Source: Convolutriloba macropyga (Eukaryota). From it: a stretch of 64,000 nt of DNA. Location of the stretch: positions 71,734,001 to 71,798,000 of the forward strand of contig NC_134473.1 of the NCBI RefSeq assembly GCF_964194025.1, in the 5' to 3' direction. Shown here piece by piece: positions 26,369 to 39,720 of this stretch. The notes under the pieces were generated by a model. That model had not been told where the DNA came from, did not search any database, and saw nothing but the letters and a program-made list of their open reading frames with translations. Both the position numbers and the translations under genes were made by a program. Positions within the stretch are counted from its first letter, which is position 1. Every line of letters begins with the position of its first letter.

Positions 26369-27300
26369 CTTATGCGACCCATAAAGTCAAGCAATTCGTC
26401 TTTATCAGCTCTCCTGCTTTTTAGTTCCTCCATTAGATTGGTATAGTCGCTGTTCTCAAAATTGTCACGCATACGCTTTAGGGAAGGCTTTTTGGTCGAT
26501 AAAGGTGTACCAGGCGCAAAAATTGGCTGTTTTGTTAGCTTTGGAACAGGCGTCCTATAAATAACTTCACTGACTTCCATCGAACCCGCTGTTGTCGTGT
26601 ATACTTGGCTCTGCTTTTGTGGTAGTTTCTTTGGATAATTGAACTTCTGTTCAATTTTAATAGCGACTGGTTGCAATTCAATAATATCTTGAATAGAATT
26701 CAGTACAAGATATCGCTTCATCCCATCTGACTCGATCTGAACAAGTGGTGCCGAATTCTTAGTGGTAACCCTTAACTGTTTTGCTTGAGCCTCCTCTTTC
26801 AATGAGTTGTCGTACTTGCTCAATCGCTCGAGAATAAAAACCGGTTTTCCATTACTTGAATTCCTATAATTTCGTAGCAAACCCTTCCTGGTCCAGATTC
26901 TTTCCTTTTGGTCAAAATAGACGAACTTCGCGATAACTGGCGGTGGATTGAATGGCGATCCTTTGCCCAACGGATGGCACCCTTTTAAATCGCGCGGTTC
27001 AATGTTGACATTCAACACATTTTGAATAAGATCAATAACAACTGAGAGGTAAGTTCCATTTGACCCAAAAGATAGATTGCGAAAAATTAGACAATCTTTT
27101 GATTGATATCTTTCGAGTTGCTTCACTTTGATCTTCATCTGTGCCACCTCATTTCAACAAGACTCTCACTCTCATGCAATTTTTTCATCAGATCTCCCAT
27201 GCCTCGCTGGCTCATCTCTAGAACTATTTAATAAGTTTATCACAACAATTAGGCTAGCTGCACAAACTCTTATACCCTCTGGGTTTACCAGATGTTCCAT
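26335..27300 (-). pseudogene. LINE ORF1 (coiled coil plus RRM-like region), N-terminus frameshifted
   Basis: LERYQSKDCLIFRNL...CHPLG...PPVIAKFVYFDQKERIW...VFILERLS is typical of CR1/Crack ORF1. Confidence 0.8.
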
Positions 27301-28403
27301 TTTTCAAGAAGGAAAACGTACCTTAATTCTCTTAAACGAGCGACAGACCACAGAACACTCTAGGAAAAATAGTCAAGCAAAAAATCTTGCATAAAAAAGA
27401 CTTGTTTACAATACTTGCTTCAATTTTTGTTCCAGACTAACTACAATCTACAGCTGAAAATTAGAAAAACAAAAAATAGAGTCAATCCAAAGCATTAGTG
27501 AACCTTCAAGAACTCAACGGTGAAAAAGAACAAATTTCAGAGAAAATGCTATTTCAAAATATACTAAAAACATTTTCAAAAATTTGTTTTTAATATCTGT
27601 AAGTGTGGTAGTTTACAGCAAAATAGGTCTTGAATTATAAGCTTTGCAGAACACAGAAGATTAGGGAAACTTGATTAGGCAAACACGTTGTTTGCACCCA
27701 TTAGGGAAAAATTTTGAACAAAAGTTTTGCGGAGAATAGAACAATACCAATTAAAATCTTTAATGCACAAATTCCATAAATATATTTTTAAAAGCCAACA
27801 GATTTTTTTTAAATGGCTAAATGTAGCTAAACACGCCAAAATTGTACCGTAATTATCGTAAACATTTGGTTACAATCCCTCTTAGAAAAGAAATCATTAA
27901 AATAGTTTATTCCAATGTTAGGTACAGAGAGCTCCAAATGATATCATTGCTCACAATGGTGTCCTAAAAAATTGGAGCTGCCATATAGTTTTCCAACTTT
28001 TCCCAAAATGTGGGATCAAATAAACAAAATCGAATATTCAGAAGAATTATAAGGATGGCAATTATGCACCGAAGACAAGCGCGTTTTTATCAATAAAAAA
28101 ATTCACCGGCGTTAAAATATTATTTGAAAGCGTTTTTCCTTTATTGCAGCCCACATGAACTACAATATTAGAGCACAAAAATTACTAACATCAGCTATGT
28201 GCAATAAAGCTGCGCGCTACTTTCGATTAAAGCTCTTCAAGAAATCATTAAGAGACTTTGTGAGCTCTTTACGATAAAAATAGAAAAAAACTCTTAGTAT
28301 CGCTGACTTGGTAGACCTTTTAAATAAAAATCCTCAAACGCAATAACTTTTCTAAACTACCTTAATGATACTCTCAAAAAAATATTCCATACTGTCGGAT
28401 AAC

Positions 28404-28447
28404 CTTTGCAGTAAAGATGGCGCATTCCTGCCGTAATTTCCACCAAT
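28404..28447 (-). CDS. Small internal exon (DWWKLRQECAIFTAK)
   Basis: cttcattttgacag| acceptor, AAG|GTTATC donor, 44 nt, phase 1 to 0; bridges the 35478 and 20366 exons. An alternative donor GTATGG lies at 28392. Confidence 0.55.
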
Positions 28448-29719
28448 CTGTCAAAATGAAGCAGAAGAACGTTGACAAAAACTAAGGAAATCTGACATGT
28501 TACTATCAAGGAAAATTTCATTTGAAAAATATTTCTGCTTCTTTTTAAACTAGTAAATGAGAAAGATGAATATCACAACAGCAATAGTTCACTAATCGTA
28601 GTCTGATAAAATTCCATGATAAAAAATGATTAACATCTAGTACCGCTAAATAAAAAAAAACCCACGTTCGACTGTTTTCATATATAATGTAAGAATCCAA
28701 TAGTTTAAACATTGTATAAAAATATTTATGCGCCACAAAAGGGGGCAAAATGTAGAAACGGAAAACTGCATAACAATCAAACACTTAATTGAAACAATCG
28801 AACTATCAAATGCATTCAGCGTTGTCAACTTTAGGATGGCCAATAACCTAATACAAAACCAAATAAGAAAGAAAACAGTCCCAAAAATTTAATACACGCA
28901 CAAATTTATTACAAAAACTTCGTAACAAATTAAAAAATATATAGCAGGAGAAGTCCTGGCTTACAATACACAGATTTGAATTCACGAAGGACCCGACAAT
29001 TAACATTTTAACAGCAAGATCAAATTAAGATAGACAACAACCCCCTTGACCCAATATGCGCAATAAAGCACAAAAAATCTACAAAAATATAAATTTGTCT
29101 TTCACGATTTAGTGTTTTAAGAATCGCTAACAATAACAAAACGTTGAGTCTATGCATCGTTAGAAAGAGTACATAAAATAAAAACATTGTGGTAATCAAT
29201 GACAGGAATAAAAAAGAGGCAAAAACTAAGCAATTGACAACAATCAGAATCTCTGTCGGTGGCGTTAAGATAATAAAAACTCAAAGCTACAAGCATCCTT
29301 AACCAAAGCATATTATAAAATTCTAGAAGTCATAAAGTACCTTCTAGCAGTTCTAAATAAGAATTGTTACTTTTGAGACTAACCTATAAGGCACACAAGA
29401 GAAACAACAAAACCAGAAAATGCACATTTGTTGCGCCTAAAGTGTCAAACCAAAAAAAACTGTTAAGAACTCAATCGACTAACTATGTCCAATTAATCCT
29501 CATTACCAACCGCCAACCGACGAAACCTGTCATTAATATGACTAAACGATAAGACCAAATGAGAGCAAATTTTGCAAAAAAAAACTCATTAAAACTTTTT
29601 AAAAACATTCACAGACATAATATAAAATTCAGAGACAGACAGCAACAAGAAAAACAAATACCAGCAAAAATCAGAGAATTCACTGACATTCTTTTGCTTA
29701 CTATCAGTGTATGAATCAA

Positions 29720-30141
29720 AAACACAACCGACTAACGTCGGGCGAATTGCTCTCAAACGACTGGCGAGCAGTTGGCTTCGTCAGTAGCTAGCCATGGTTT
29801 AGTGAGGCTAGCTTTAGATTAATAAAAGGGGCGTCAGGTGAGCACAACGTGGGTGCAACGCAGCGGGAACGCAAAAGTGGATTGAGGGGACTGATAAGAG
29901 GGCAGTGGGTGTGGGATACAATTTTAGGGTCTCCAAAACTGTTTCTTTTAATCGCACACTTGACGACTAGTGCGCTGAAAAGCTCCAAGAGAACTTAATG
30001 CAAAATGGGCGCTACCTCTTTATCCCCTTTCTGAAGACGAAAGTCAAATGGATCAGACAAAAAAACGTCCAAGCAAAATATTGCATGAAAGAGACAAACA
30101 GGATTAGTATCTTTGCTACAAACTGCTTTGGAGAGCAATTA
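29720..30141 (-). mobile_element. HINE-D (further copies or ends at about 30360-31417, 33830-34146, 43560-43785, 46140-46506, 49030-49386, 49912-50106, 63878-64000)
   Basis: Hairpin CCGAC-taac-GTCGG, subTIR AATTGCTCTCAAACG / CGTTTGAGAGCAATT, shared core GGGCGCTACCTGTTTATCCCGTTTT...GGACGAAAAGTCA. Confidence 0.75.
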
Positions 30142-33100
30142 ACAATGATTTTCTAAAAAGTACCTGTTAAGTCATTTATGATAAAAACATTTCGACTCAT
30201 TGTTAATGAGGATCAGAGATGATAAAATTACGCCACATAACAGCAGCTGAAGTTGGGTATCAACAAAAAAGAGATAGAGTGAGAGAGATAAACCGTGAAC
30301 GAGAAAATGACAAACTCTAACCGACAGAGAAAAACAGAGATAGGAATATTTTCCATTATGGGATTCGGCTCTGCAACTTGTAGTTTTCTAAACTTAATTG
30401 TAAAAAATCATATACAAAAAACTGAAAAAGGCAAAACTAAAAAAAACTCAACTTCGCAGTAAAAAAAAAATCAAAATCATTTTTTGTCTCAGAAGTTCTG
30501 TCAAGTAACCGGTCTCTGAGACATAAAAAATTTCGTTGGACAGTAATGGTCCTTAAACTCAGAAAAGGAAAAAAAATGAAAATATTTGAACAATATATTG
30601 CTAAAAAATTTTAACAATATCTTGCAAAAAATCAAGACATCTAGAAATTATACAATAACCTATTTTCAAACCCTAGAGGAGGTACCTTGGGTCTTGAGGC
30701 AGAAAAAAAACCTAAATAAACCTCAAACGTTTTCAAAAAACTTGAAAGCAAATTTATAAAAAAATTGCTAAATTTTGTGACATTAAAAAAATGAAAAAAC
30801 TATTTCATGGCCAATGAAAAATTGTCAGAAACTTACTATCAAGCCCCTCAGGATCTTTTCTGACTCCTTGGTCTGAATAAGGAAAAACAAATGTCAAAAT
30901 AAATGTTAAAACGTTGAAACCATTCCATTAGCACTAGAAACCATGCAGTAACTTATTATTAAAACCTAGACGAGTTTCCCTGACACCTAGGGCTAATAAA
31001 AAAACCTCAAAAATTTTCAAAAAGCTTGAAAAAAATGCGAAATAGTTTACATTTGCATGTTTTTAGCGAGCGGTTGTTCGTCAGCAGCTAGAACCGTGGG
31101 GGGACCGAGGTCTGATGGGGGGAAAAGTGAGGTGGGGGTAACGAGCAGGGGGAGGCAATAGTGCGGGGGGGTCAACAGTGGAGGGGTCTTTAACCTCTAA
31201 AAACCGCCCTTCACCATAAGAAGTCTCCAAAACAGCTTGAGCTGAAACAGCTGAAAAGCTCTTAAGAGCACTTAATGCCCACTGGGCACTACCTGTTTAT
31301 CCCCTTTTTGAGGACGAAAAGTCAGAAGCGTCAGACGAAAAATCGGTCAAGCGAAAAATCGCATAAAAAGACAAAGAGGACTAAAATAATTGCTACAATC
31401 TTCGTTTGAGAGCAAATAAAAAGTTAAGGCTAGGAACTGAAACGATTAATTCGATTAAGTTAGGAATTGTTAACGACAGACGAGATCTGGAATTAATGAT
31501 ACTACGAGATCAGACAAAGATGTGATCAATAAAAACTCGAAAAACTTGATATTAAGTTTCCTGAAAACAGTTAGTGTTAAGGTCATAGAAAGCAAAGGTT
31601 TCATCTGAGATAAAAAAAATCAATTGGAATAAACGTTATTCGCAACCTATACGACCCATCCTTAACGACACTAAAAGATGACACAGCTTAAAGTCCAGCA
31701 ATTGGTCCCCAAGCTCAAAAATTCAATAAATCTTTGAGAACAAATAAGGCCGAAATCATGAAAAGCACTTTGCATGCACTCGAAAAATTAATTTAGTTCA
31801 TTTGTCCCTGATTAGCCAGCAAGAAGACCTGTCAATAATGATACCAAGTGATAGGAAAACAAAAATATTTTAGTGTCAAAAAAGTCAAAGTCATAAAAAA
31901 AGCATTAACTGCCCTGCCCGGTCATAAATTCAAGCAATTGCAAATTTGCACAATTAGAACTAATATTTATCGTCCTAATAGTAATCAAGAGAAGAAAAGC
32001 TGAAAACAGGAGTTAAATTGACGCTGGTGAAAAAACCGGCTTTCAATAACCCAAAAAGTACTTTGAATAAAAAAATCACGCCTCAAACCTATTTGCTTTT
32101 TCACTCCCTTTAGTATTTTAAATAAATTAAAGTACTATATTAATATTAAAGTACTAATAAGTACGTAATAACTTAAGTACTAATTAATATCAGCACTCTA
32201 ATTTGACTTCTCACTGACGTGAAAATGCCGAAAAAAGTGTGAACAGATCTTAAAAAGACAGCACACCAAAACAATCCAAATACCTTGGATTGTAATCAAG
32301 TACAAGCTTGTCAAAACTTTTAAGCAAACATAAAGCGACCAGCGTCGGATAAATTTCTCTTTAATGACAGGCGGGGCGTAAAATTTTCTTCATGGGAGCA
32401 CAAACACCAGTAGAAAGTAGGGTTCGAACCCCGATTCTCATGGACGCCAGAGAGCTTTGATTAGAGCTGTAACACTTATAAAAGTGCATTCAAACCCCAC
32501 TTTTTATTAAAGTATCACATGTCGACCAAATTACTCTTAAGGGCGCCTCTAACATTCAGAGGCCCAAGGAAAAATATAGGCTCGCTTGGGGATAAAACAA
32601 ACTTCCGATGACAGAAAATCAGAAATTTTAGTTGCATTAATAGTAATCTCTTTCGAAAGCTATGATATCCCGGGGCAGCAAGCCTTCTGTGATATTCTGA
32701 ACAACTATTTGTGATCTCCTCTACTGATACGGTTACACCGCCATTTTTCACTTGCAAGCAAGGCGTTTTGCCTAAAAAAATTCCAAAGGAGAAAGAAGTT
32801 GCCCAGATGTCGGGATGCGAGTTAATCAATGGTCTCTCCATAAACATCACGGTATCTATTTAAGCGATCTGCAGATCTCAAAACATAACCCAGAAACGTC
32901 AGGTAATTTTGTCTCAAACGGCTGTCAGACGGTTGGATTCGCCAAGAGGTAGCAGCGGCTCAGAGAGTCTAGTTTAAGTTTAATTAAGGATAGTAGAGCT
33001 TAGAAAGGCTCTAAGAGTAATTTAAAAGCCTATGGGCGTTACCTTCTTATCCCGTTCGTGAGGACGAGAAGCCAGACGGTTAGACAAAATAAAAGATCAG

Positions 33101-35477
33101 ACGAAAAGTCGGTAAAAAGACTGATCGCATAAAAAATTTAGCCAGGAGGATACCGGAATTAACTAGCAGAGTCGTGCAACATTCTGCAAAGCATTACTAC
33201 CTAAATTAGAAAAATCGAGGCAAAAACCAGTTTAGAAGTGTTTAAAAAAATCATCATGAGGGTAGGTAGTTGGGGGGGAGTGTTCGGTAGATGGGTTAGG
33301 TAGGCAGGTGGAGGTGCAGGGGTAGGTAGGTGCTGGCGATAATGCATCAAAGAAACAGAATATGGGATTTCTGGGCAATTATTCAAAAATTTACAAAATT
33401 TTATGCAAACCAGCAGTAAAATCATAAAATCAATAGTTAAAAAGCTAAAAAAGCTAAAGTCTGTATCTCTGTAGACAGGAATGTTAGATTACTTTACAGG
33501 TTGAACAAAAGAGAACAAAGTTCAAAAATACACTGACATTTCTGAAAAAATACTTTTAGAGTCATTAAAACCATTAACAATCAACTGAAGGCACATATAC
33601 ATCCAAGTGAAGCCAGAAAGTCCTGTCATCAATCATAAGTAATTAAACTACAAAAAGCACACCAAGTAGAGAGGAAAAAATGGAGAGAAGTGTTGAAGCC
33701 ATAAAAAACATACGCAACTCAATGAAAACTTCTGCTCAACTGATCCTCAATTCAACTTCAATGGCACCTGACATTTATGCGTTTACGTTACAACACTGAG
33801 CCACATCCTTACGGCCTGATTGATGTGAAGGTGCGGGGATGGGGGGAGATGAAGTGAGGGGTCTCTGATGTGGGAGAGGGTGAAGTGAGGGGGGGGGGGG
33901 GGGGAGGAGGTCAAGCGGCCTTCACACCATGAGTATCCGTCTCCAAAATAGTTTCTGTGAATAGCATATTTGCAGACTAGTGACCTGAAAAGCTCTAAGA
34001 GGACAATGCACTCTGGGTGCTACTTGTTCATCCCGTTTTTCAGGAAGAAAAGTCAAATGGGTCAGAAGTAAAATCCGTCAAGCAAAAAATCGCATAAAAA
34101 ACCACAGGACTAATATAATTGCAACAAACTTTGTCTAAGAGTAATTAAAGAAAAAATGCTAATCAGATTAATTTCTGTGTCAAGAGGAAGAGGATTGCAT
34201 CTCTATTAATTAAGATTATTGATTGAATTAAGAAAAAAAATTGGACAAAGCCCAAAAAATGGGCAAAGTTCTTTTTTAAAACTAAATATATTAATAGCCA
34301 GGAGCGATTAGGTTTTAAATGAGGGTATCAGATGAGTTCATTATACTTCCTCATGATGCAAGTTGGATCTTTGATTTGTGAGACTACCTCATAAGACAGA
34401 GAACCACAAATGCAAGCAAAAATGATTTTCGAAAACATTGCAGCAGCCCTGCAAACAATGAGTTATCCTCTGAGAACAATTTAATGTTCATCTTGGAACG
34501 TGAACCGAATTTGTCCATAATTGAACCTTGATATGAAAACTGACTTGTCTGTTATTGAAATGAACAAGCACGAAAAAAAGTGATGATTTTAAAAAAAAGA
34601 CAACGCCCTAATACGTCTCGAAATCTTTTGATTGCGATACAATAATAATGACACTAAAGTTAGCCTTGCGATTTAATTGAATATACACTAATAGTGAACA
34701 AAATAAACTATTAAACCTCGATAATTCCTCGAAAAACAAAATTCAAAAAAATTATAGCGATACGCTTAGTGATATACTTTCTAGTGATACATTTCTCAAC
34801 GATGAATATTCGACCGGCCGAAACTAACAGAACAAAAACCAGTTGAGCATATAGTTCCCCCTCACTAAGGAGAGGACGGAATAAACAGGTTGTTCGGCAT
34901 AATAAGGGATGGGACGCATTATTTAATTCACATATAGGCTTATGAAAAAAATAGTTATTAATTTTGAATAGAAACAATAACTTTCAGTAGCTGCAAAATT
35001 ATTGATGATTTCAAAGGAATGACTAAAACGGCATTAGCTTTATGTTTCAAACAACCAAAATACGCCATCACGTGGAAACAAAACGAGTATAAACAAAGTA
35101 TTAAATGCCATTAATGGATGGAATAGACAAAATGAGCTTAAATCAGCTCCTTTTTGATATCTCGTCAAAAACGGCGTAAATTAGCCCAAAAAAGCTTCGT
35201 TGAATTTAAAATTTTAGACGAAGTTGACAAAAAACGCTTTGGAAAATTAAGCAAAGTTGAAATAAGTAGAATGAGAAAAGCACTTAAAAACGACAACTTT
35301 CTTACATGCTCCATTAATTTTTTTTAACACTTTGATACTCTCAAATAATGCTAATCAAATTCTGACACAACCTCCGGGCGTAATGATCTTTAAAAAAATA
35401 TTTAATTTAGAAAGCTGCTCTCGAGAGTATTGTATTAAGTTACAGAAAATCGCTTATACATCATCAGTAGTACATAC

Positions 35478-35538
35478 CATTAGTTGATGCCTGACTTCTT
35501 GACTGTCCATCAACCACACCCTTCATTTCAGATTTCGC
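35478..35538 (-). CDS. Small internal exon (AKSEMKGVVDGQSRSQASTN)
   Basis: ttttttttatttcag|GCG acceptor, G|GTATGT donor, 61 nt, phase 0 to 1. Confidence 0.75.
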
Positions 35539-35699
35539 CTGAAATAAAAAAAATGACCTTTCTTTAAATGCTATTTATGATTATGTTGGATATTCCTGAC
35601 AGGAACGAGACCAACGAGTGATGCTACTTCGCAAATTGAGGTCTACATGCAACCAATACCAGTTCCCTCTAGTCTCTTCCTAAAACTTCCCCATCCACC

Positions 35700-35960
35700 G
35701 TTAAACATGACTGTTCTGTATATAAAGCGAACCAAGTTGACTGTTAAACATGACTGTTCTGTATATAAAGCGAACCAAGTTGACTGTTAAACATGACTGT
35801 TCTGTATATAAAGCGAACCAGTTCTGTATATAAAGTTCTCTAGTCAAAAGGTTATATTCGTCAGCAAAGGTTTGTGTTACAGTTTTTTCGATGGTGACAT
35901 ATTTGCGGGTAATCGATTTCAACTTCTCAAAAGGCGTAAGTCAAGTTTTCATGCATTGAC
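35700..35960 (-). repeat. 43-bp minisatellite (about 3 copies, 35700-35832) joined to a diverged BEL LTR U3 fragment
   Basis: Unit starts at 35701, 35744 and 35787. Segment 35835-35955 resembles 13320-13420 and 19745-19845. Confidence 0.8.
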
Positions 35961-36948
35961 GTCTGACGTTTATTGGGGTTGCAAAATCTATCCTCAAAAA
36001 TGGCCATCTTTACTTAAATTTTTCCTTATAATTGTATATATAAATTATAATTAAGTCCCACCTCTTTACAAGCTATGCAAACCATTAGCGTACTATTTGT
36101 TCCGACCCACTTGTGGGGGAGGAACTATATACTCAAATGGGTTTTTTTTTGTTCAGTCAATTTTGACCGATCGATATATTCATCGTAGAGAGTTGCGAGT
36201 GGTATCCTTAAAAAGCCCCTCCAGCGTAGAATATGGAATTAAAAAGATTTTTTGAATTTCGTATTTTACAGGGAGTTATCGAGGTTTGAACTATTGTGGA
36301 TAATAGACAACGGATAATGTTGTTTTTATTCACATTTTCCGGAATTTTCCCTACAACTTCGTAAATTTTGCTTAAATTTGTAAAAATTATTAACAATAGT
36401 ACTGTCAATTTTATTTTTAGAGACAGAAAAGTTTTGTTGACTATTTCAATTGTTTTTTGGCTAAAATTATGGCAAAATATTTCAAAATTAAGCCTTTTTC
36501 ATCAGAAATTGCCCCAAAATTGGCTTCTTTAGTCCACTTTGATTAAATTTACCGACAGTAAACACACAAAAACAACAAACACTATCTTTGTAAACTGCAA
36601 TGAGAGCTAATTATACTTCTACTTCCATTTAGAGTAGTCCAGAATCAGAATTTTGCCGCTTTTTGCTAGGTTTACTCTATTACTATCAAAAACGCAGCCT
36701 TTATTTTTGATCTTTTAACTAAAAAAATTATCAAGATCCGACGCATTCGAAACAATTGAGTGTTTTAAATGGACAAGCAGCAATAGTAGGGCTAGTTTTG
36801 GTCCAATCCTGGACTGCTACAATCCAAAAATAATTCGAAATGAAATCAGTCGGTCTTTTTTTAAAAAAAAATCGAACTTTCTTTTATGCAAGTCAAAGAA
36901 CAGGACATTTCAAATCAAAGATCTCTGTTGATGGGTCCAGAAGGCTTC

Positions 36949-37068
36949 CTAAACATTTCCAAATTAATAGATCCAGTTTACTTACTCGAAAGAGTATGGT
37001 TAATTTCACTAAACATTTCCAAATTATTATATCTAGTTTAATTACTCGAAAGATTATGGTTAATTTCA
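36949..37068. repeat. 60-bp tandem duplication
   Basis: ctaaacatttccaaatta...tatggttaatttca, two copies. Confidence 0.85.
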
Positions 37069-38867
37069 ATAAAAAATGTTTGCTTTTTAAATAAACGATG
37101 GCTTCTTGAACTTTGCCTCTATTTTTCTCTTAATTTGGTCAACTTGTATTTTAGTGCCAACAAAGAAATAATGCTTTTTCTTCCTCTTCTTTCTATTGAT
37201 TTAAATTTTAATCTTTTTGTGGTTTTACGCGTTAAGTTATGGTTTTCTGGATTTGATACTACGAGATTTCACATATTTGTTTTGATTTTTTGGAGTTGGC
37301 CAATTTTTCAAGTTTTTTCACTTTTCGTCATATTATCGCAAAATTGATAGTTCAAATATTACATATTGGTGTTCGAATAAGGCACAATTAAACATATAAA
37401 TGTCTTGAAAGGCATAGATTATGGTTTTTGACGGCTTTGATAATCCTTTCTCGAAGAATTCAACTGATTTTTTTTGAATGGTTTTAACTGTCGTTTTTAC
37501 TTTGTCTTTTAAGTCGTAAAAATTTACCCGGATAATGACAGCTCTCATTTGCTTTCCATGGAGTTATGAATAAGCCTTCGTGCTGATTGGAGCAGATAGC
37601 TGACGGCTTTCATGACTTTGAAAAGAATTGTTTTCAGAAATGAAAAAACTTTTTAACTTTCTTTAATTTTGCATTTTCTTTTTTGTCTGTTTGTTACCTA
37701 GTCTTGTTACTTACAAGTCACATATAAGAATGTTGTCATATAAGAATATTTTTAAAGAACTCTTATGAATTTACTGGTTTGGAGACGGGATTTTCGCACA
37801 AGAAGTAAACTAATTTTTGTTTGTTTTTCCGTATTCAACTTCTTTTCATAGATGTAAGACATATTCTGAAAAATTACAGGTCTCAAGCGCTTCCAATGGA
37901 TGAATAGACGAACCTATTGAATTATTTCATTTTGTAGCTAACGGCTTTCATTACTATGAAAATAATTGTTTTAAAAAAAGCAGAACTACATGAACTTGTA
38001 ATTTTTCACTATTTTTTTCTACTTGCTACGTATTCTCATCAATGAGAGGTCCTATATCACAATTTTGGCGTTCGTGGAAGGCTTGAGGCGCAAAATATGG
38101 CTTTACGGCTTCTACGGCGTTTTCTCGCAATAATGATTAAGTTTTTTTGTTGTCTCTATTTGTTGTTCTTTTTCAAACGGCGTAAACAATTGATTAATGA
38201 TAGGTCTTAATGCTCTCCTATAGAGGCGTATGCGATTATAAACATGTTGGATGTTTTCATTTGCTATTTAATGGTTTTCATTACATTGAAATAAATTGCT
38301 TTTAAAAATATATGACAACTTATTATCTGTGCTAATTTTTTCGTTTTTGTCTAACTGTTGCCGAGCCTTTTTATCGAGTGATCCCATATACTTTCAAGTG
38401 AAGTACAGTTCATTTGTTTAGTTTCAGTTTGATCAGCGCTAATTTAGACCTTGTTAGAAAGTTTTTTATTAAATGGGCATAAAGTTTTGTCTGTTATTAA
38501 TGTTTGTTTATTTTGTTATTTGATTTTGTTGTTTGTCTTGACTTGCTTTCTTAATAATGACTGATCTCATCAATCTAATGCGGCATTTTTACTCCACTGA
38601 TTTAGTTGCGTTAGAGGCGATCTTTTTGTTCATACACATTTTTTTTGGAAAAAACCTCAAATTTTTGGGGATTTTTTTATCTGTTCCTCATTTGGCGGGC
38701 ATTTATGCCAAAAATGCGGATGAGCGGGGTCGGAAATTTATGTGCAAACGCACATTACCGAGCCTCCTTGTTCTAAATTATAATTATTTCTTTGTGTATT
38801 TTCTATTTGTATTTTCTGTGCGATTCATTTGGAAAAAAAATTCTCAGAATTGACTGTGCAAACTAAC

Positions 38868-39058
38868 CATAGCTTCCCTGAGAGCATCTGCATCTAAGTT
38901 TGCGTAATCGTAGAACTTGAAATGATTCACACGAGGCAGAGACATAAATCGGGAGTCATCAAAGCACTGAAAGCTGGCTCTGCGTCTCTCATTCTTTCCA
39001 TTCGCTGTCGATGAATTGTTGTAGTCCATTTTCGCATCCAGCTGAGCGGCGATTAGAT
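38868..39058 (-). CDS. Internal exon (LIAAQLDAKMDYNN...YDYANLDADALREAM)
   Basis: ttaatttag|AT acceptor, ATG|GTTAGT donor, 191 nt, phase 1 to 0. Confidence 0.85.
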
Positions 39059-39419
39059 CTAAATTAATGGTTTTAACCGATTAAAAAATACCCAATTCGG
39101 TAACATGAGATTAGCAACCTCGCAAACATTAAATTTTTTATTTGTTATACAAATACATGAAAGCATAATTTTAGCGCCCACTTTAAAAATGTGTGTCACA
39201 ATTATCAACCGACTAATGTTCCATATAAGCGCCTTCCTGTTGACATACGTCAACTTCAGATATTCTCTAAAAAATACGCAGCAATACATAATAGACTAAC
39301 GCCGCAAGATATATACTCGAACGACTGACGGGAGCTCAATTCCATTGGAGGGGGGAAATGACGTTATTATAGATCACTAATTAAAAAACAAACTAAACAG
39401 AAAAATTCTAGATTTGAAA

Positions 39420-39720
39420 TCTAAAAGCAGCGAAACGAAAGCGAGGCTATTATTGGTCGCATCATGATTTTTTTTTAAAAAATATTTAATATGAACTTGA
39501 ATTGCATTGGGGCGCTGTCTCTTTACAACTCACAGGAGTGGAGTATTGATGGGGCACCTTTTTAAATTGAAAATGCTATTCAAATGTATTTAAAACAGGA
39601 CATCTTTCAAATGAAACGTGAAAAGGAAGTTCTGGTCATTTCATTGAGCGAAATGAAGCATCTGTTTAATGTCCCTTTCTTCGTGGTTTGAACGGTTTTG
39701 CTCAGCGAAAAAAAATTCCT
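39420..39720 (+). mobile_element. Diverged, opposite-orientation ends of an A/B/C nest
   Basis: The reverse complement reads C end (ctcctgtgagttgta), B end (gacagcgccccaatgcaattcaa), A3-type end (accaataatagcc). Confidence 0.6.

Larger units (their letters stand above)
23037..27450 (-). mobile_element. Near full-length decayed non-LTR retrotransposon of the CR1/L2 group (Crack/Daphne-like)
   Basis: ORF1, APE endonuclease, RT and C-terminal SLRYRGAKLLN motif in order, with many frameshifts. The 5' boundary is approximate. Confidence 0.9.

Noticed and set aside
30228-34385. Possible additional small exons (about 30228-30250, 32640-32750, 34346-34386)
   Set aside because: Weak or missing splice sites and not needed for phase continuity; cannot be excluded without RNA data.
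35700-35832. CRISPR-like array
   Set aside because: Head-to-tail identical units without unique spacers, in a eukaryotic context.
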